A stretch of DNA of 64,000 nucleotides, from contig CAUVXB020000002.1 of NCBI GenBank assembly GCA_963555825.3, positions 2,080,001-2,144,000 of the forward strand, written 5' to 3'. The translations under genes were made by a program, and so were the position numbers. This DNA comes from Alphaproteobacteria bacterium (GTDB lineage: Bacteria; Pseudomonadota; Alphaproteobacteria; JAAXGF01). This document shows positions 53,602-64,000 of this stretch, piece after piece (positions within the stretch are counted from its first letter, which is position 1; each line of letters starts with the position of its first letter). The notes under the pieces were generated by a model. The model made no database searches, was not told the origin of the DNA, and was given only the letters and a program-made list of their open reading frames with translations.

Positions 53602-53952
53602 TGTGCGATTGACCATCATCGTCATTTTCTTGACACTAACCCCGTTGTCGAACACCACAATGAGACAATCTTGTGATCGGTGCCCCGATTGTGCAATAGC
53701 TTATGTCGAGCAATCCCTATATATTCCTGAAATTCCTCAGCGATTCTTTCGTCGATCACATCGATGTTGTTGTAATAATGCAACAGATCGACACAAATTA
53801 CACAGAGTGGAGTTCGGCGACATTGACTCCACCACCATGGTGTGTCCTTGTTCGGCATGACTTTGTGCAACTCAGCTTACCGCTTCCCCGTGGGGACCTT
53901 TAGGACAGACAGGGAGCGTGTGGGGGCTGGCTTTGTTGAAGGGACTTGAGGA

Positions 53953-55059
53953 ATGAGAAAACGATTACTAGGTACGACAACGCTGGCGACCCTGGGCATT
54001 CTCGCCTATGGGGTCACGGGCGGGGAGGCCAACGCCGCAGAGCCCATTTCGATTGAGGTGGGCGGATTTTTCGGGTCGGTGATGACTGCGAGGGATCAAA
54101 GCGACCACGCTGGTCTTCGCGAGTTTGACGTCGACACCAGCGGAGAGATTCAGTTCAAGGGATCGACGACTCTCGACAACGGTCTGACCGTTGGTGTGCG
54201 GATCGAGTATGAGGCGCACAACCAGGGCGGTGGCGGGTCGATCGTCGACGAGCGCTACCTGACTCTCGACGGCGGCTTCGGACAACTTAAGTTGGGCTCG
54301 GACGACAACGCCGCGTATTCGATGCATTACCAGGCGCCGGTGGCCGCTTGGCAGGTGGGCCTCAACAGCCCGAGCTACGCCGGTTTGTCGGGTGCTGGCA
54401 ACGGCGCGACGTCGTACCTTTCGACGTATCCGGGGGCCGGAAGTGACGGCAACAAGATCATTTACTTCTCGCCACGGGTTGGCGGCATCCAGCTTGGCGC
54501 GTCATATCAGCCCGACGCTTCCTCTACTGAAGGGCCGTCCTTCCACGGCACGTCCAATGCCGAGGCAGGCCAACAGTCCGACATCTGGACTATCGGTGGC
54601 AACTACAAAGGATCGTTCGATGACGTCGGCGTATCCGCGAGCTTGGGCTACACGCACAGTGAGCCGGAGGCAGCTATGGCCATGGTTGACGATAGAGAAG
54701 CCTGGGCCGCTGGCTTGAAGTTCGCATGGGATGATTTCGCCATCGGCGCTGCTTACAAAATCGACAATAAGGGCGTTGGTGGTGACGGCATGTCCAAGGA
54801 CGCAACCGTCCTTGACCTCGGGTTCACTTATACAACGGGACCATGGGTGCTCGGTTTTAACTACGGACACTCAGAGCAAGAGGTACCTGCGAATACCGGT
54901 GACGATGAACTCGACGGTTTTGCCTTGACCGCGAATTATTCCATGGGTCAGGGGATTAACCTGATCGCTGCGCTCAAGTATTACGATTACGACAGCAGCG
55001 TCCGAACCGCTACGCCAGAAGGCGGCGTAATCGCACTTGGTATGGTGGTCGGTTTCTAA
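53953..55059 (+). CDS. Outer membrane porin
   Basis: Signal peptide, FKGSTTLDNGL, KIIYFSPR, C-terminal Phe. Confidence 0.9.
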   Translation: MRKRLLGTTTLATLGILAYGVTGGEANAAEPISIEVGGFFGSVMTARDQSDHAGLREFDVDTSGEIQFKGSTTLDNGLTVGVRIEYEAHNQGGGGSIVDERYLTLDGGFGQLKLGSDDNAAYSMHYQAPVAAWQVGLNSPSYAGLSGAGNGATSYLSTYPGAGSDGNKIIYFSPRVGGIQLGASYQPDASSTEGPSFHGTSNAEAGQQSDIWTIGGNYKGSFDDVGVSASLGYTHSEPEAAMAMVDDREAWAAGLKFAWDDFAIGAAYKIDNKGVGGDGMSKDATVLDLGFTYTTGPWVLGFNYGHSEQEVPANTGDDELDGFALTANYSMGQGINLIAALKYYDYDSSVRTATPEGGVIALGMVVGF

Positions 55060-55091
55060 ACTAATAAACTAATAAGCGAATACTAAATTTG

Positions 55092-55125
55092 GTAGAGCGG
55101 GCTCCAGGGCCTGCTCTACTATTTT
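55092..55125 (+). terminator. Probable intrinsic terminator after the porin
   Basis: GTAGAGCGGGC-loop-GCCTGCTCTAC followed by TATTTT. Confidence 0.65.
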
Positions 55126-55362
55126 GTGTTGAAATTTGACTATGCGGTGAAAAGTCTCGATAACCGTCAATGGTGTATTCTGGCCGTGCGAAGGGTTTCG
55201 GTCTAGTAGATCGCTCTCGCCGATCGATTTGGAAATGCGCGAAGCGGAACCAGAAAACGGGGAACACTTTTCCGAGTAGGCTATCAAGTCGGCCGGCGGC
55301 TGAGCTGGTCCCACATTGTTGGACAGCTTGGCAGCGCAGTTAAGGTGTATTCCGGTTCCTGA

Positions 55363-56292
55363 TCATGCTGCCAAAATCGTGTTTATCACATCCTGCTGCT
55401 GTTGTTGAGCCTGTGGGGATGTGGGTAAGCCGTCAGGCTTATCCATCATATCCACGGGCTGCCCGGCGCCGTAGGCTTCCGCCGGCGTTTGACCGCCGAG
55501 GGACGAATGGGGCCGCTCGGTGTTGTAGAAGTCGATCCACTCGCCGATGACCCGTTCGGCCGCGAAGCCGTCGGTCAGCTCGTGCAGGTAGACCGCCTCG
55601 TATTTCAGCGACCGCCACAGCCGCTCGATGAAGATGTTGTCCATGCAGCGGCCGCGACCGTCCATGGAGATGCGCACGCCGGCGTTTTTGAGGACGCCGG
55701 TGAAGTCGAAGCCGGTGAACTGGCTGCCCTGGTCCGTGTTGGAGATTTCTGGGTTTCCGTAGTCGGCCAGCGCCGCATTCAAAGCGTCAATACAGAACCT
55801 GGCGTCCATGGTGTTCGACAGCCGCCACGACAGGACATGGCGCGTCGCCCAGTCCATGATGGCGATCAGGTACAGGAAGCCACGCTGAACCGGGATGTAG
55901 GTGATATCGGCGCACCAGACCTGATTGGGTCGATCGATCTCAATCCCCTTGAGCAGATAAGGGTAAATCCGATGCGTCGGGTGCGGCGTGCTGGTTCGCG
56001 GCGCCTGATAGATGGCTTCCAGGCCCATGAGACGCATCAGGCGCCGCACACGATGACGGCCGACGCAAACGCCGTCCCGCCGCAACTGGCGGACCATCTG
56101 GCGGCTGCCATAGAACGGATACTTCAGGAACAACTCATCGATGCGGCGCATCAGGGCCAAGTTCTCCGGGCTCTCCCCCTTGGGCGCGTAGTAGAAAGAC
56201 GACCGGCTGATCGACAGAACCTTGCATTGCCGGCTCAAGCTCAGAGCGGGATGATCGCGCCGCATCATGGCCTTGCGTTCCCCCCGGCTCAT
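55363..56292 (-). CDS. IS3 transposase OrfB
   Basis: WCADITY, NTDQGSQF, DNIFIERLWRSLKYE. Confidence 0.93.
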   Translation of the reverse strand: MSRGERKAMMRRDHPALSLSRQCKVLSISRSSFYYAPKGESPENLALMRRIDELFLKYPFYGSRQMVRQLRRDGVCVGRHRVRRLMRLMGLEAIYQAPRTSTPHPTHRIYPYLLKGIEIDRPNQVWCADITYIPVQRGFLYLIAIMDWATRHVLSWRLSNTMDARFCIDALNAALADYGNPEISNTDQGSQFTGFDFTGVLKNAGVRISMDGRGRCMDNIFIERLWRSLKYEAVYLHELTDGFAAERVIGEWIDFYNTERPHSSLGGQTPAEAYGAGQPVDMMDKPDGLPTSPQAQQQQQDVINTILAA

Positions 56293-56570
56293 CGCTTGAG
56301 CCCTCTGGCCAAAAAATCGTTGACCACGGTCAGCTCCCCTATCTTGGCGTGCAACTCCTTGATCTCGGACCCGTGATCCGAACGCGCCCGATCTGCGCCA
56401 CCCGAGAACACATCGCCAAGGCCATCAATCGCCTGACGCTTCCATGTGCTCACTTGGTTCGGATGAACCTTGTGCTTCGTCGCAATCTCCTGGATCGTCT
56501 TGTCGCCCCGCAGCGCTTCCAGCGCCACCCGCGCCTTGAAATCTGCCGTGAACCGGCGTCGTGTTACCAT
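56289..56570 (-). CDS. IS3 transposase OrfA
   Basis: RRRFTADFKARVALEA HTH, LHAKIGEL. Confidence 0.9.
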   Translation of the reverse strand: MVTRRRFTADFKARVALEALRGDKTIQEIATKHKVHPNQVSTWKRQAIDGLGDVFSGGADRARSDHGSEIKELHAKIGELTVVNDFLARGLKR

Positions 56571-56747
56571 CGTCGTACTCCTCCATTATCTGGCGGAATA
56601 CACCTTAGCAACCTGTCCGATTTTCCAGGACCAGCTCAGGCCAAGCCAACGGTGCCATTTAAACCATCTTGAAGGCTGTATAACCTACTCAACCAGCGAC
56701 GTGTCAACGGCGGAGCAAAATTAGTCCACCCGGGCGGAGCAAAACTA

Positions 56748-57593
56748 AGGTCCGGACCCATTAAGGGGATTCCCAAAGCGGGGCTGGCATGATTCATTGT
56801 TTCCAGCGAGGAGGCGATGGAAATGTCGGATTTCTTTTGGTTTTCGGATGCGCAATGGGCTCGGATTGGGCCGCTTTTGCCGACGGATACGCGCGGCATG
56901 GCGCGCGTTGACGATCGCCGGGTGCTGAGCGGGATCGTCCATGCTCTGAGGAATGGCGGGCGCTGGGCCGACTGTCCGCGTGAGGTCTACGGACCGAAGA
57001 AGACGCTCTACAACCGCTTTGTACGCTGGGCGGAGCGCGGCATCTGGGAACGGATATTCAGCGCGCTGGCGGGCGGCGAAGACGCCCCCGACCGGCTGTT
57101 CATCGATTCAACCTGCATCAAGGTTCATCGCTGCGCCGGCGGCGGAAAAGGGGGGCCTTGGCCCATGGCATCGGCCGCACCAAGGGGGGCCGCAACACCA
57201 AGCTCCACGCTGTCTGCGATGCGAAAGGCAGGCCCCTCGTCCTGCTCCTGACACCAGGAAACGTCCATGATTGCAAGGTCGCCCAGCGCTGTATCGAAGC
57301 CATGCCGCCCGCCGCCGAACTCGTCGCCGACAAGGGCTATGACAGCAAAGCCCTGCGCGACTGGCTGGCAGAACGCGGAACCACGGCCGTCATCCCACCG
57401 CGCAAGAACCGCAAGGTCCAATACCATTATGACAAGACCGTCTACAGGCAGCGCAACATCATCGAGCGCATGTTTTGCCACCTCAAGGACTGGCGCCGTA
57501 TAGCCACCCGCTTCGACCGCAACATCAAAAACTTCATCGCCGCAATCGCCCTTGCCGCCGCCGTCATCTGGTGGCTGTAATGAGTCCGGACCC
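56748..57593 (+). mobile_element. IS5-family (IS427-like) element
   Basis: IRs AGGTCCGGACCCATTA and TAATGAGTCCGGACCC; TA duplication. Confidence 0.9.
56817..57580 (+). CDS. IS5 transposase, two ORFs joined by a probable programmed -1 frameshift
   Basis: SDAQW..DDRRVL.G, IDST; AAAAGGGGGG slippery site near 57146; ADKGYD, RNIIERMF..K. Confidence 0.88.
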
Positions 57594-57749
57594 TAGTCCA
57601 CTTAACGTTATGCGGTACGCGGTGTTGGGGGGTTGTCCCGGTAGTCCATAGGAGGGACCCGCGCTGCTTCGTGTAGCGCTTGCGTTACGCGGAGCGAAGC
57701 AGCGTGGGAGGTTCCTGTGGACCCACCGGGTCAACCATTGCACCGGCGG

Positions 57750-58520
57750 TTAAGCAGGTATTTTTGGGGATTTCCGCCGTTTTTGGCTTTGGTTGAGACG
57801 ATAGCTCTCGCCGTTCATTTCCAGGATATGGACATGGTGGGTGAGGCGGTCCAGCAAAGCCCCGGTCAGGCGTTCCGAGCCGAATATCTCCGTCCACTCA
57901 TCGAACGGCAAGTTGGAGGTCACCAGGATCGAGCCCCGCTCGTAGCGCTGGCTGAAGACTTCGAACAGCAGCTCGGCGCCGGTCTTCGAGAGCGGCACGA
58001 AGCCGAGTTCGTCGATGATCAGAAGGTGATACTTTGCCAGTTGCTTCTGCAGGCGCAACAGGCGTTTTTCATCCCTGGCCTCCATCAGTTCATGAACCAG
58101 GGCAGCGGCCGTGAGGAAGCCGACGGAGAGCCCCTTTTGGCAGGCCGCCAGACCGAGACCGAGGGCGATATGGGTCTTGCCGGTTCCGCTGTTGCCGAGC
58201 GCGATGATATTCTCACGACGCTCGACGTATTCGCATCGCGCCAACTCCAGAACCAGCATCTTGTTGAGCGATGCGATGGCCTTGAAGTCGAAGCTGTCGA
58301 GGCTTTTGACGGCGGGGAACCTGGCCTGTCTGATCCGCCGCTCGACCATGCGGCGCTCACGGTCGATCAGTTCCAACTCGGTCAGACGGACAAGATACCG
58401 CACATGGTCGGCGCCCTCGGTGGCGCATTGGCGGGCCAGCTTGTCGTATTCGCGCAGGAACGTCGGCAGTTTCAGGGTCTTGAGGTGATGGGCCAGCAAC
58501 ACTTGCGGCGTATCGGTCAT
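57750..58520 (-). CDS. istB: IS21 helper ATPase IstB
   Basis: GNSGTGKTH, LLIIDELG, LLDRLTHH. Confidence 0.95.
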   Translation of the reverse strand: MTDTPQVLLAHHLKTLKLPTFLREYDKLARQCATEGADHVRYLVRLTELELIDRERRMVERRIRQARFPAVKSLDSFDFKAIASLNKMLVLELARCEYVERRENIIALGNSGTGKTHIALGLGLAACQKGLSVGFLTAAALVHELMEARDEKRLLRLQKQLAKYHLLIIDELGFVPLSKTGAELLFEVFSQRYERGSILVTSNLPFDEWTEIFGSERLTGALLDRLTHHVHILEMNGESYRLNQSQKRRKSPKIPA

Positions 58521-60021
58521 GACGCGCCTCCACCCAACAAGCTCATATAACTGGCGGCGGCCGTGGTCGCCACGTTGGCCCGAGGCAGGTAGGGATAGAT
58601 ATCCAGGTCGAGTTTGGGCGGGCGTCGCTCGATACGGCACAGCACAGCACAAGGTGTTTGACGGCGTCGTAGCCGATCGCACCCAGGCGCAGGGCGTCCT
58701 TCACCGCGCCGTGAAGCACCTCGAGATCGAAGGTCTCCAGAAGCCGAAGGACCTGGACGTATTCCCGCTTGCCGGCCTTGCCCATGCGCGCCTCCAGGAG
58801 ACGGCGCAGGGTTGGGAAGGCATCAGGCAGTTCCCATCCGGCTAGCGGCGCGGCCTGATCCAGGGCACCGATCTTGTGCTCCAGCAAAGGCAGGTAGTGG
58901 ATCGGATCGAAGACCATATCTTCCCGGTCGTAGGAACGGGGGTGTCGGGCAATGATCCCGGCGCCGCAACCGATAACCACCTCGTGGACATAGCCACGGA
59001 TCCAGACTTCCTGATGGCCGTAGGCGACGGGCACGGAATAGTCATTCGTCCGGTAGCGCACCAGGGACAGCGAGTTGACCCGCGTGCCCTGCTTGTCGCA
59101 CGCGTCGAACGGTGCCGGCAGTGGCCTCTTCAACGCTTCGCGGTCACGCACAAACCGTTCGCCGATGCTCTCGCGGTGGCCGCGCAGGACGTTGCCTTGC
59201 CGGTTGCGGCATTGCTCTTCCAGGTGGCCATTGAAGGCGTCCCAGCTCGCGAACCGGGGAAGCGGCGTCATGAAGTTCCGCCGGGCATAGCCGACCACCC
59301 CCTCCACATTGCCTTTGTCGTTACCCTTGCCGGGACGGCCGTAGCGGTCCTCGAAGAGGTAATGGGACTGCAGCCCGCTGAACGCCCGCGTTCGTTGCCG
59401 CGTGCCATCTGACAAGATGCGCGACACCAGACACTTGTCGTTGTCGTAAAGAATCGATTGGGGAACGCCGCCGAAAAAAACAAAGGCTCTGTTGTGCCCG
59501 TCCAGCCAGGCCTCCGTCGTCGCCGCCGGGTAGGCCGCAACGAAGCAGGCATCGCTGTGGGGAAGTGTCATGACGAAAAAATGCGCCCGATACTTGACGC
59601 CGGCGATGATCGCATCCGCCTCGCCAAAGTCCGCTTGAGCATGGCCCGGAGGATGTGACAACGGCACAAACATCTCACGCCGACGAAGGCGCCGTTCCCG
59701 AACGTAATCCTTCACGATGGTCTCTTTGCCCGTGAAGCCATGTTCGTCGCGAAGGCGCTCGAATATACGCTTCGCCGTGTGGTGCTGCTTACGGTGAACC
59801 GGTCGGTCCTCCTCCAGAATACGGTCGATGATATCCGTGAAGGGGGCCAGTTTCGGGCGTTTCGGTGGCTGGCGTCGCCGATATCCCGGCGGTTCCGAAT
59901 GCCGCAGCATCTTCCTCACCGTCTCGCGCGCAATGCCAAACCGACTTGCCGCCTCTCGCTGGCTCAGACCATCAACATGGCAGGCCAGCCGAACGCGCAG
60001 ATATAGGTCCACGGTGTACAT
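58517..60021 (-). pseudogene. istA: IS21 transposase IstA, frameshifted near the C-terminus
   Basis: AQADFG, YDND, KGNVE DDE motifs; an extra 5-bp unit (GCACA x3 at 58637-58651) shifts off the RIERRPPKLD tail. Confidence 0.85.
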
Positions 60022-60115
60022 CCTCCCGCCTTCCATCTCAAAAAAGATCGAAGGCTACAGGTGGCAGAGTTTTACTCCGCCCGCGGCTGGGAAATCCCGC
60101 CGCTTCCGTGGACTA

Positions 60116-61292
60116 ATACCAGTGAGCCTATGAAATCACCTTCATGATCCATGGATAGGCGCAGAGGGTTCGCATACGATCCGGTTCTGCGATGAGGTCG
60201 ATCCATGCTTGGCAACAGGCGTCGATGATGGCCTCGGTGTCGTCGAGGACGCGGAGCGATAGGAAGCGTTCGCGTAGGTAGAGCCAAACCCGCTCGACGG
60301 GGTTGAGTTCGGGACTGTAAGGCGGCAACAGCGCCAAGGTGACGTTGTCGGGGACGGTGAGGGCGCGCTCGTCGTGCCAACCGGCGCCGTCGCACATCAT
60401 GACGGCGTGCGCATCCTGGTCCAGGGTATCGGCGAAGTGTGCGAGAAACAGGTCCATGACCTTGGCGTTGACGCTCGGCATCACCAGGGTGACGTCGTCG
60501 CCGGTGTCCGGGCGCACGGCGGAGAAGATGTAGGCCCACTGGTAGCCGATTTGACGCGTCCCGGGGGCACGCTCGCCCCTGCGCCACCACCGGTGACACA
60601 CCCGGCCCTTGTTGCCGACGCGCGCTTCATCCTGAAACCACAGCTGTAGGCGCTTGTCGGGATGCGCCGCGGCGGTCGCCTTCAGGATGTCGCGAAGCCC
60701 CCTTTTTTGAAGCGCTCCTGCGCTTCGGCGTCCCTTCGCGGGTGGCTCGGGCGCGCCTTCTGGCGGGAAAATCCCATCCGCCGTAGAACCCGGGTCATGC
60801 TCGAGGGGTGGTAGGTCTTGGCGAAGCGCTCCTCCAGCCAGCGGCACAGATCGGCCCGGGTCCAGGCGCAAACCCCGTCGCGCTCAGGCTCCGGCCCGGC
60901 GATGATGACCGCCGCCAGCGCCGCTTCCTCGTCTGCCGTCAGCCGCCGCGGCGAGTAGCCCTTTGGACGGTCGTGAAGCCCCTCCAATCCCTTTGCATTG
61001 TAACGAACAACCGCGTCGCGAAGCGTTTGGCGATCCATCCCCGCAAGCCGCGCGGCATCAGCCCGGGGCATCTCCTCCAAAGCATTCGCGATCCCATAGG
61101 CCCGCGCCGCCGCTCGACCGTACGATTCCACGCGAGCCCAGCGCCGAAGCTCCAAAGGCGTCAAATCATCCCGTATCTTGAGTGCTGATCCCATGACATC
61201 CCCCACATCTGGTGGGAGACCATAGAATCACAATCCGCCATCATCCGCCATCAATGAATATCCCGAGAGTCAATTCAGGCGCTCACTGGTAT
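60116..61292 (-). mobile_element. IS630-family element 1 (transposase 61194-60128, -1 frameshift near 60700)
   Basis: IR ATACCAGTGAGC, TA flanks, FQDEAR, DGAGWH, YSPELNPVE. Confidence 0.92.
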
Positions 61293-61294
61293 TA

Positions 61295-62455
61295 TACCAA
61301 CGGCGCAAAATTCTGACTCGCAAGGGATTCCCTTTTTGGGCTGGATGTGATTCAAGGCTGGCGAAGGAGATTCGCCATGTCAGTATGCATTGCTCTTCGG
61401 GACGACTACGACAGCATTGAGCTCCGGTGTTTGGCCAAGCACAGTCGCGATCCCCGCCAAGTTCGCCGGCTTTTGGCCTTGGCGGCGGTTTACGACGGCA
61501 TGAGCCGAGCGGAAGCCGCTAAGGTCGGCGGCATGGATCGCCAGACGCTGAGAGACTGGGCGCACCGCTTCAACGATGAAGGGGCAGACGGCTTGAAGAA
61601 CCGTCCCGGTGCGGGCCGCCCCCGGCTCTTGACCGACGAGCAGATGGGCGAACTGTCGGTGATCGTCGAAACGGGCCCCGATCCAGAGATTGACGGTGTG
61701 GTTCGCTGGCGGCGGGTTGACCTGAAACGGGTGATCGAAGAACGCTTTGGCGTGATCTATAGCGAGCGGGCGATCTCCGACCTTCTCGTCGCGCTGTCCT
61801 TCTCCCACATCAGCGCCCGGCCGCAGCACCCCAAGCAGGACCAGCGGGTGATCGAGGCGTTCAAAAAAACTTCCCCCGCACGCTCGCTGCCCACCTAGCC
61901 GGTCTGCCCAAGACCAAGCGGGTCGAGATCTGGTTCCAAGACGAGGCCAGGCTGGGACAGAAGAACGGGCGTGTGCGCATTTGGGCGAAGAAGGGAACAA
62001 GGCCACGCCTGCCCGCCGATCAGCGCTACACGAACGCCTACCTCTTTGGCGCAATCTGTCCCATGGGAGCCAAGGGTGCCGCTCTCATGCTCCCCTTCGC
62101 CAACACAGCCGCCATGCAGATGCATCTCGACGAGATCAGCTGCAACGTCGCCGCCAAGGCCCATGGCGTCGTCCTGATGGACCGCGCCGGGTGGCACAGC
62201 ACCGACCAGCTCAAGGTCCCCAAGAACCTCACCATCATCCTGCTGCCATCGCGCTCGCCCGAGCTGAACCCGGTCGAGAACATCTGGCAATACCTCCGCC
62301 AGAATTGGCTCTCTAACCGCGTCTTCGAAGATTACGACGCCATCATCGAGGCCGGTTGCCAAGCCTGGAACAAACTAATCGACCAGCCCGAGACGATCAT
62401 GTCCATCGGAATGAGAGATTGGGCGATTTCAGGTCAATAATTAGTGCCGTTGGTA
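61295..62455 (+). mobile_element. IS630-family element 2 (transposase 61377-62440, -1 frameshift at AAAAAAAC near 61864)
   Basis: IR TACCAACGGC, TA flanks, FQDEAR, DRAGWH, SPELNPVE. Confidence 0.92.
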
Positions 62456-62625
62456 TAATTTGTCACCGCCGTTCTCAGCGATGCTTGCCGCGCCTTTATC
62501 ATTAGAAAAAGGGAGATCGCGGGATGGAATTTCGCAATCGGGGTTGTCACTTTGCCATGATTGCGGCACAATCTGACGTACAGCCCGCTTCCGAGACCTT
62601 ACACGACGGCAGCTCGACACAGACA

Positions 62626-64000
62626 ATGGTGACAAACCTGCCAGACCTGCTTGCCACCACAATTCAGCACTATCAGAGTGGTAGATTCAAGCAGGCGCGG
62701 TCCATTTGCCTTCGCATTCTCCGACACCAACCGCACCACCCGGAAGCGAATCACATTTTCGGGTTGCTCGCCCACCAAGATGGAGACAATCGTACCGCGG
62801 TTAAAACCATTCAAAAGGCCGTTTCGGCTCGCCCAACCAATGCCCTCTATCATTTCAACTTGGGCGTGGTTCTGGAGTCTAATGGCGACGCCGATGCAGC
62901 CATTGAGTTCTACAGAAAGGCGATCGCCAATAACCCCAAATTTGGTGACGCGCACAACAATCTTGGCGTCCTACTCTTGATGCGAGGAAACGTCGAAGCC
63001 GCCCAGCTGCAATTCGAACGGGCAACTCGCTTTAATGCCAAAAATGCTGAAGCCTGGGTCAATCTCGGTAAGACGATGCTCGACAAGCATAGTCCGGCCG
63101 AGGCACTCGCTCACTTTGAGTGCGCCGTCGGTTTGAATTCCAGCCTCGCCGAGGCGCACTTCGGAGTGGGCAAATGCCATGAAGAGCAGCACGACTGGAA
63201 AAATGCCGAGATATCATATCGGCACGCACTGCGTCTAAATCCAAACTTCATCGAAGCGCAGAACAATTTGGGGACGGCGCTCCTCGCGCAGGGCAATTAT
63301 CATGAGGCACAAGCCGTCTTTCGACGTTTGTTGGAATTGAAGCATGGCACTATACGGGCTACGTCCGTCGCATTGGAAAGCCAATGTTTATCGCGAGAGG
63401 CCACTTTACCGGTTGCCGAGCGGCGTATTCTCCGGCACAAGCTCGTCGACCGAGTCGAGCAAATCCAATACTTACTTGAGAGAGGATTACTGGACTCGTC
63501 GTTCGAACGATTGGTGGAACGATGTCAGCTAATACTCGGGGAGCGAAATGGCGCGATGGGCGACTACGTCATGTTGCCAAACGAAGCAGCTTCCTGGGTC
63601 GAAGTTGTTTGCGACAGCGTAATACACTTCAAGAATGCTCCTGCACTCGGAGCCGGTGCCGTGAACCCAACGCTCAACTTTCGCAAACTGGAGGACGAGT
63701 ACTTATCTACGCCCACCTCGGTCGTTTGCATTGACAATTTTCTCCGCCCTGAAGCTTTGCTGGGATTGCGCAATTTCAGCTTGGAATCGACAATATTCTT
63801 TGGCGCCGATCCCGCTGGGTATGTGACGTCATATGTTGGTGACGGGTTCAACTGCAGCCTCTTGTACCAGATCGCCGAAGATCTTAAACGCTGTTTTCCA
63901 ACGGTCGTTGGCGAGCAGTTCCTATCAAACATGTGGATTTACCGCCATCACGAGCCTGGTAAGGGCGTAGACATTCATACCGATTATGGTGCGGTTACAT
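62626..64000 (+). CDS. TPR repeat protein with probable C-terminal 2OG-Fe(II) oxygenase domain (runs off the window)
   Basis: My translation from ATG 62626: YHFNLG, AHNNLG, AQNNLG TPRs, then IDNFL..MWIYR..GVDIHTD (HxD); absent from the ORF track because there is no stop. Confidence 0.8.
   Translation, partial: MVTNLPDLLATTIQHYQSGRFKQARSICLRILRHQPHHPEANHIFGLLAHQDGDNRTAVKTIQKAVSARPTNALYHFNLGVVLESNGDADAAIEFYRKAIANNPKFGDAHNNLGVLLLMRGNVEAAQLQFERATRFNAKNAEAWVNLGKTMLDKHSPAEALAHFECAVGLNSSLAEAHFGVGKCHEEQHDWKNAEISYRHALRLNPNFIEAQNNLGTALLAQGNYHEAQAVFRRLLELKHGTIRATSVALESQCLSREATLPVAERRILRHKLVDRVEQIQYLLERGLLDSSFERLVERCQLILGERNGAMGDYVMLPNEAASWVEVVCDSVIHFKNAPALGAGAVNPTLNFRKLEDEYLSTPTSVVCIDNFLRPEALLGLRNFSLESTIFFGADPAGYVTSYVGDGFNCSLLYQIAEDLKRCFPTVVGEQFLSNMWIYRHHEPGKGVDIHTDYGAVT

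Larger units (their letters stand above)
55301..56638 (-). mobile_element. IS3-family insertion sequence
   Basis: TGAGCTGGTCC...GGACCAGCTCA ends; 3-bp duplication GGC. Confidence 0.93.
56702..62477 (-). mobile_element. IS21-family element carrying three nested IS
   Basis: Ends TGTCAACGGCGGAGCAAAATTA (56702) and TAATTTGTCACCGCCGTTCTCA (to 62477); flanks GCGACG / GCGATG. Confidence 0.88.

Noticed and set aside
53660-53950. Riboswitch or sRNA upstream of the porin
   Set aside because: AT-rich divergent promoter region with no recognisable RNA motif

Overview
High-GC alphaproteobacterial chromosome segment (Rhodospirillales-like by gene order and composition; inference) spanning the replication origin. 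The conserved backbone runs hslU, smr, [insertion], mltA, tim44, fxsA, secB, dnaQ, coaE, aroE, maf, kinase/pyrophosphorylase, oriC (about 29.2-29.55 kb), hemE, hemH, hemJ, rho, then mnmE, mnmG, rsmG, parA, parB, holA, lptE, leuS, DUF3576 and a porin, with three parS sites. Three IS-rich accessory zones lie at 0.2-2.5 kb, 6-22 kb and 55-64 kb. The most striking object is an IS110/IS1111-type bridge-recombinase element (16598-19654). Its target and donor guides can be read directly in the right non-coding end, and that end is amplified into a ~1.7 kb tandem array (296, 138 and 24 bp units) whose clean junctions fall on the TG recombination core, two of them at clearly target-like internal sites. 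This looks like self-targeting, but an assembly artefact is not excluded. Also notable: a two-ORF IS with a 14-bp target duplication, an mnmE-3' islet that duplicates a parS site, tandem NrdR-like boxes inside mnmE, a dispersed repeat between convergent genes, ~30-bp palindromes that delimit accessory genes and are IS targets, and an IS21 with both ends hit by three TA-targeting IS. No rRNA, tRNA or CRISPR array was recognised. All coordinates were read by eye and no database search was run.
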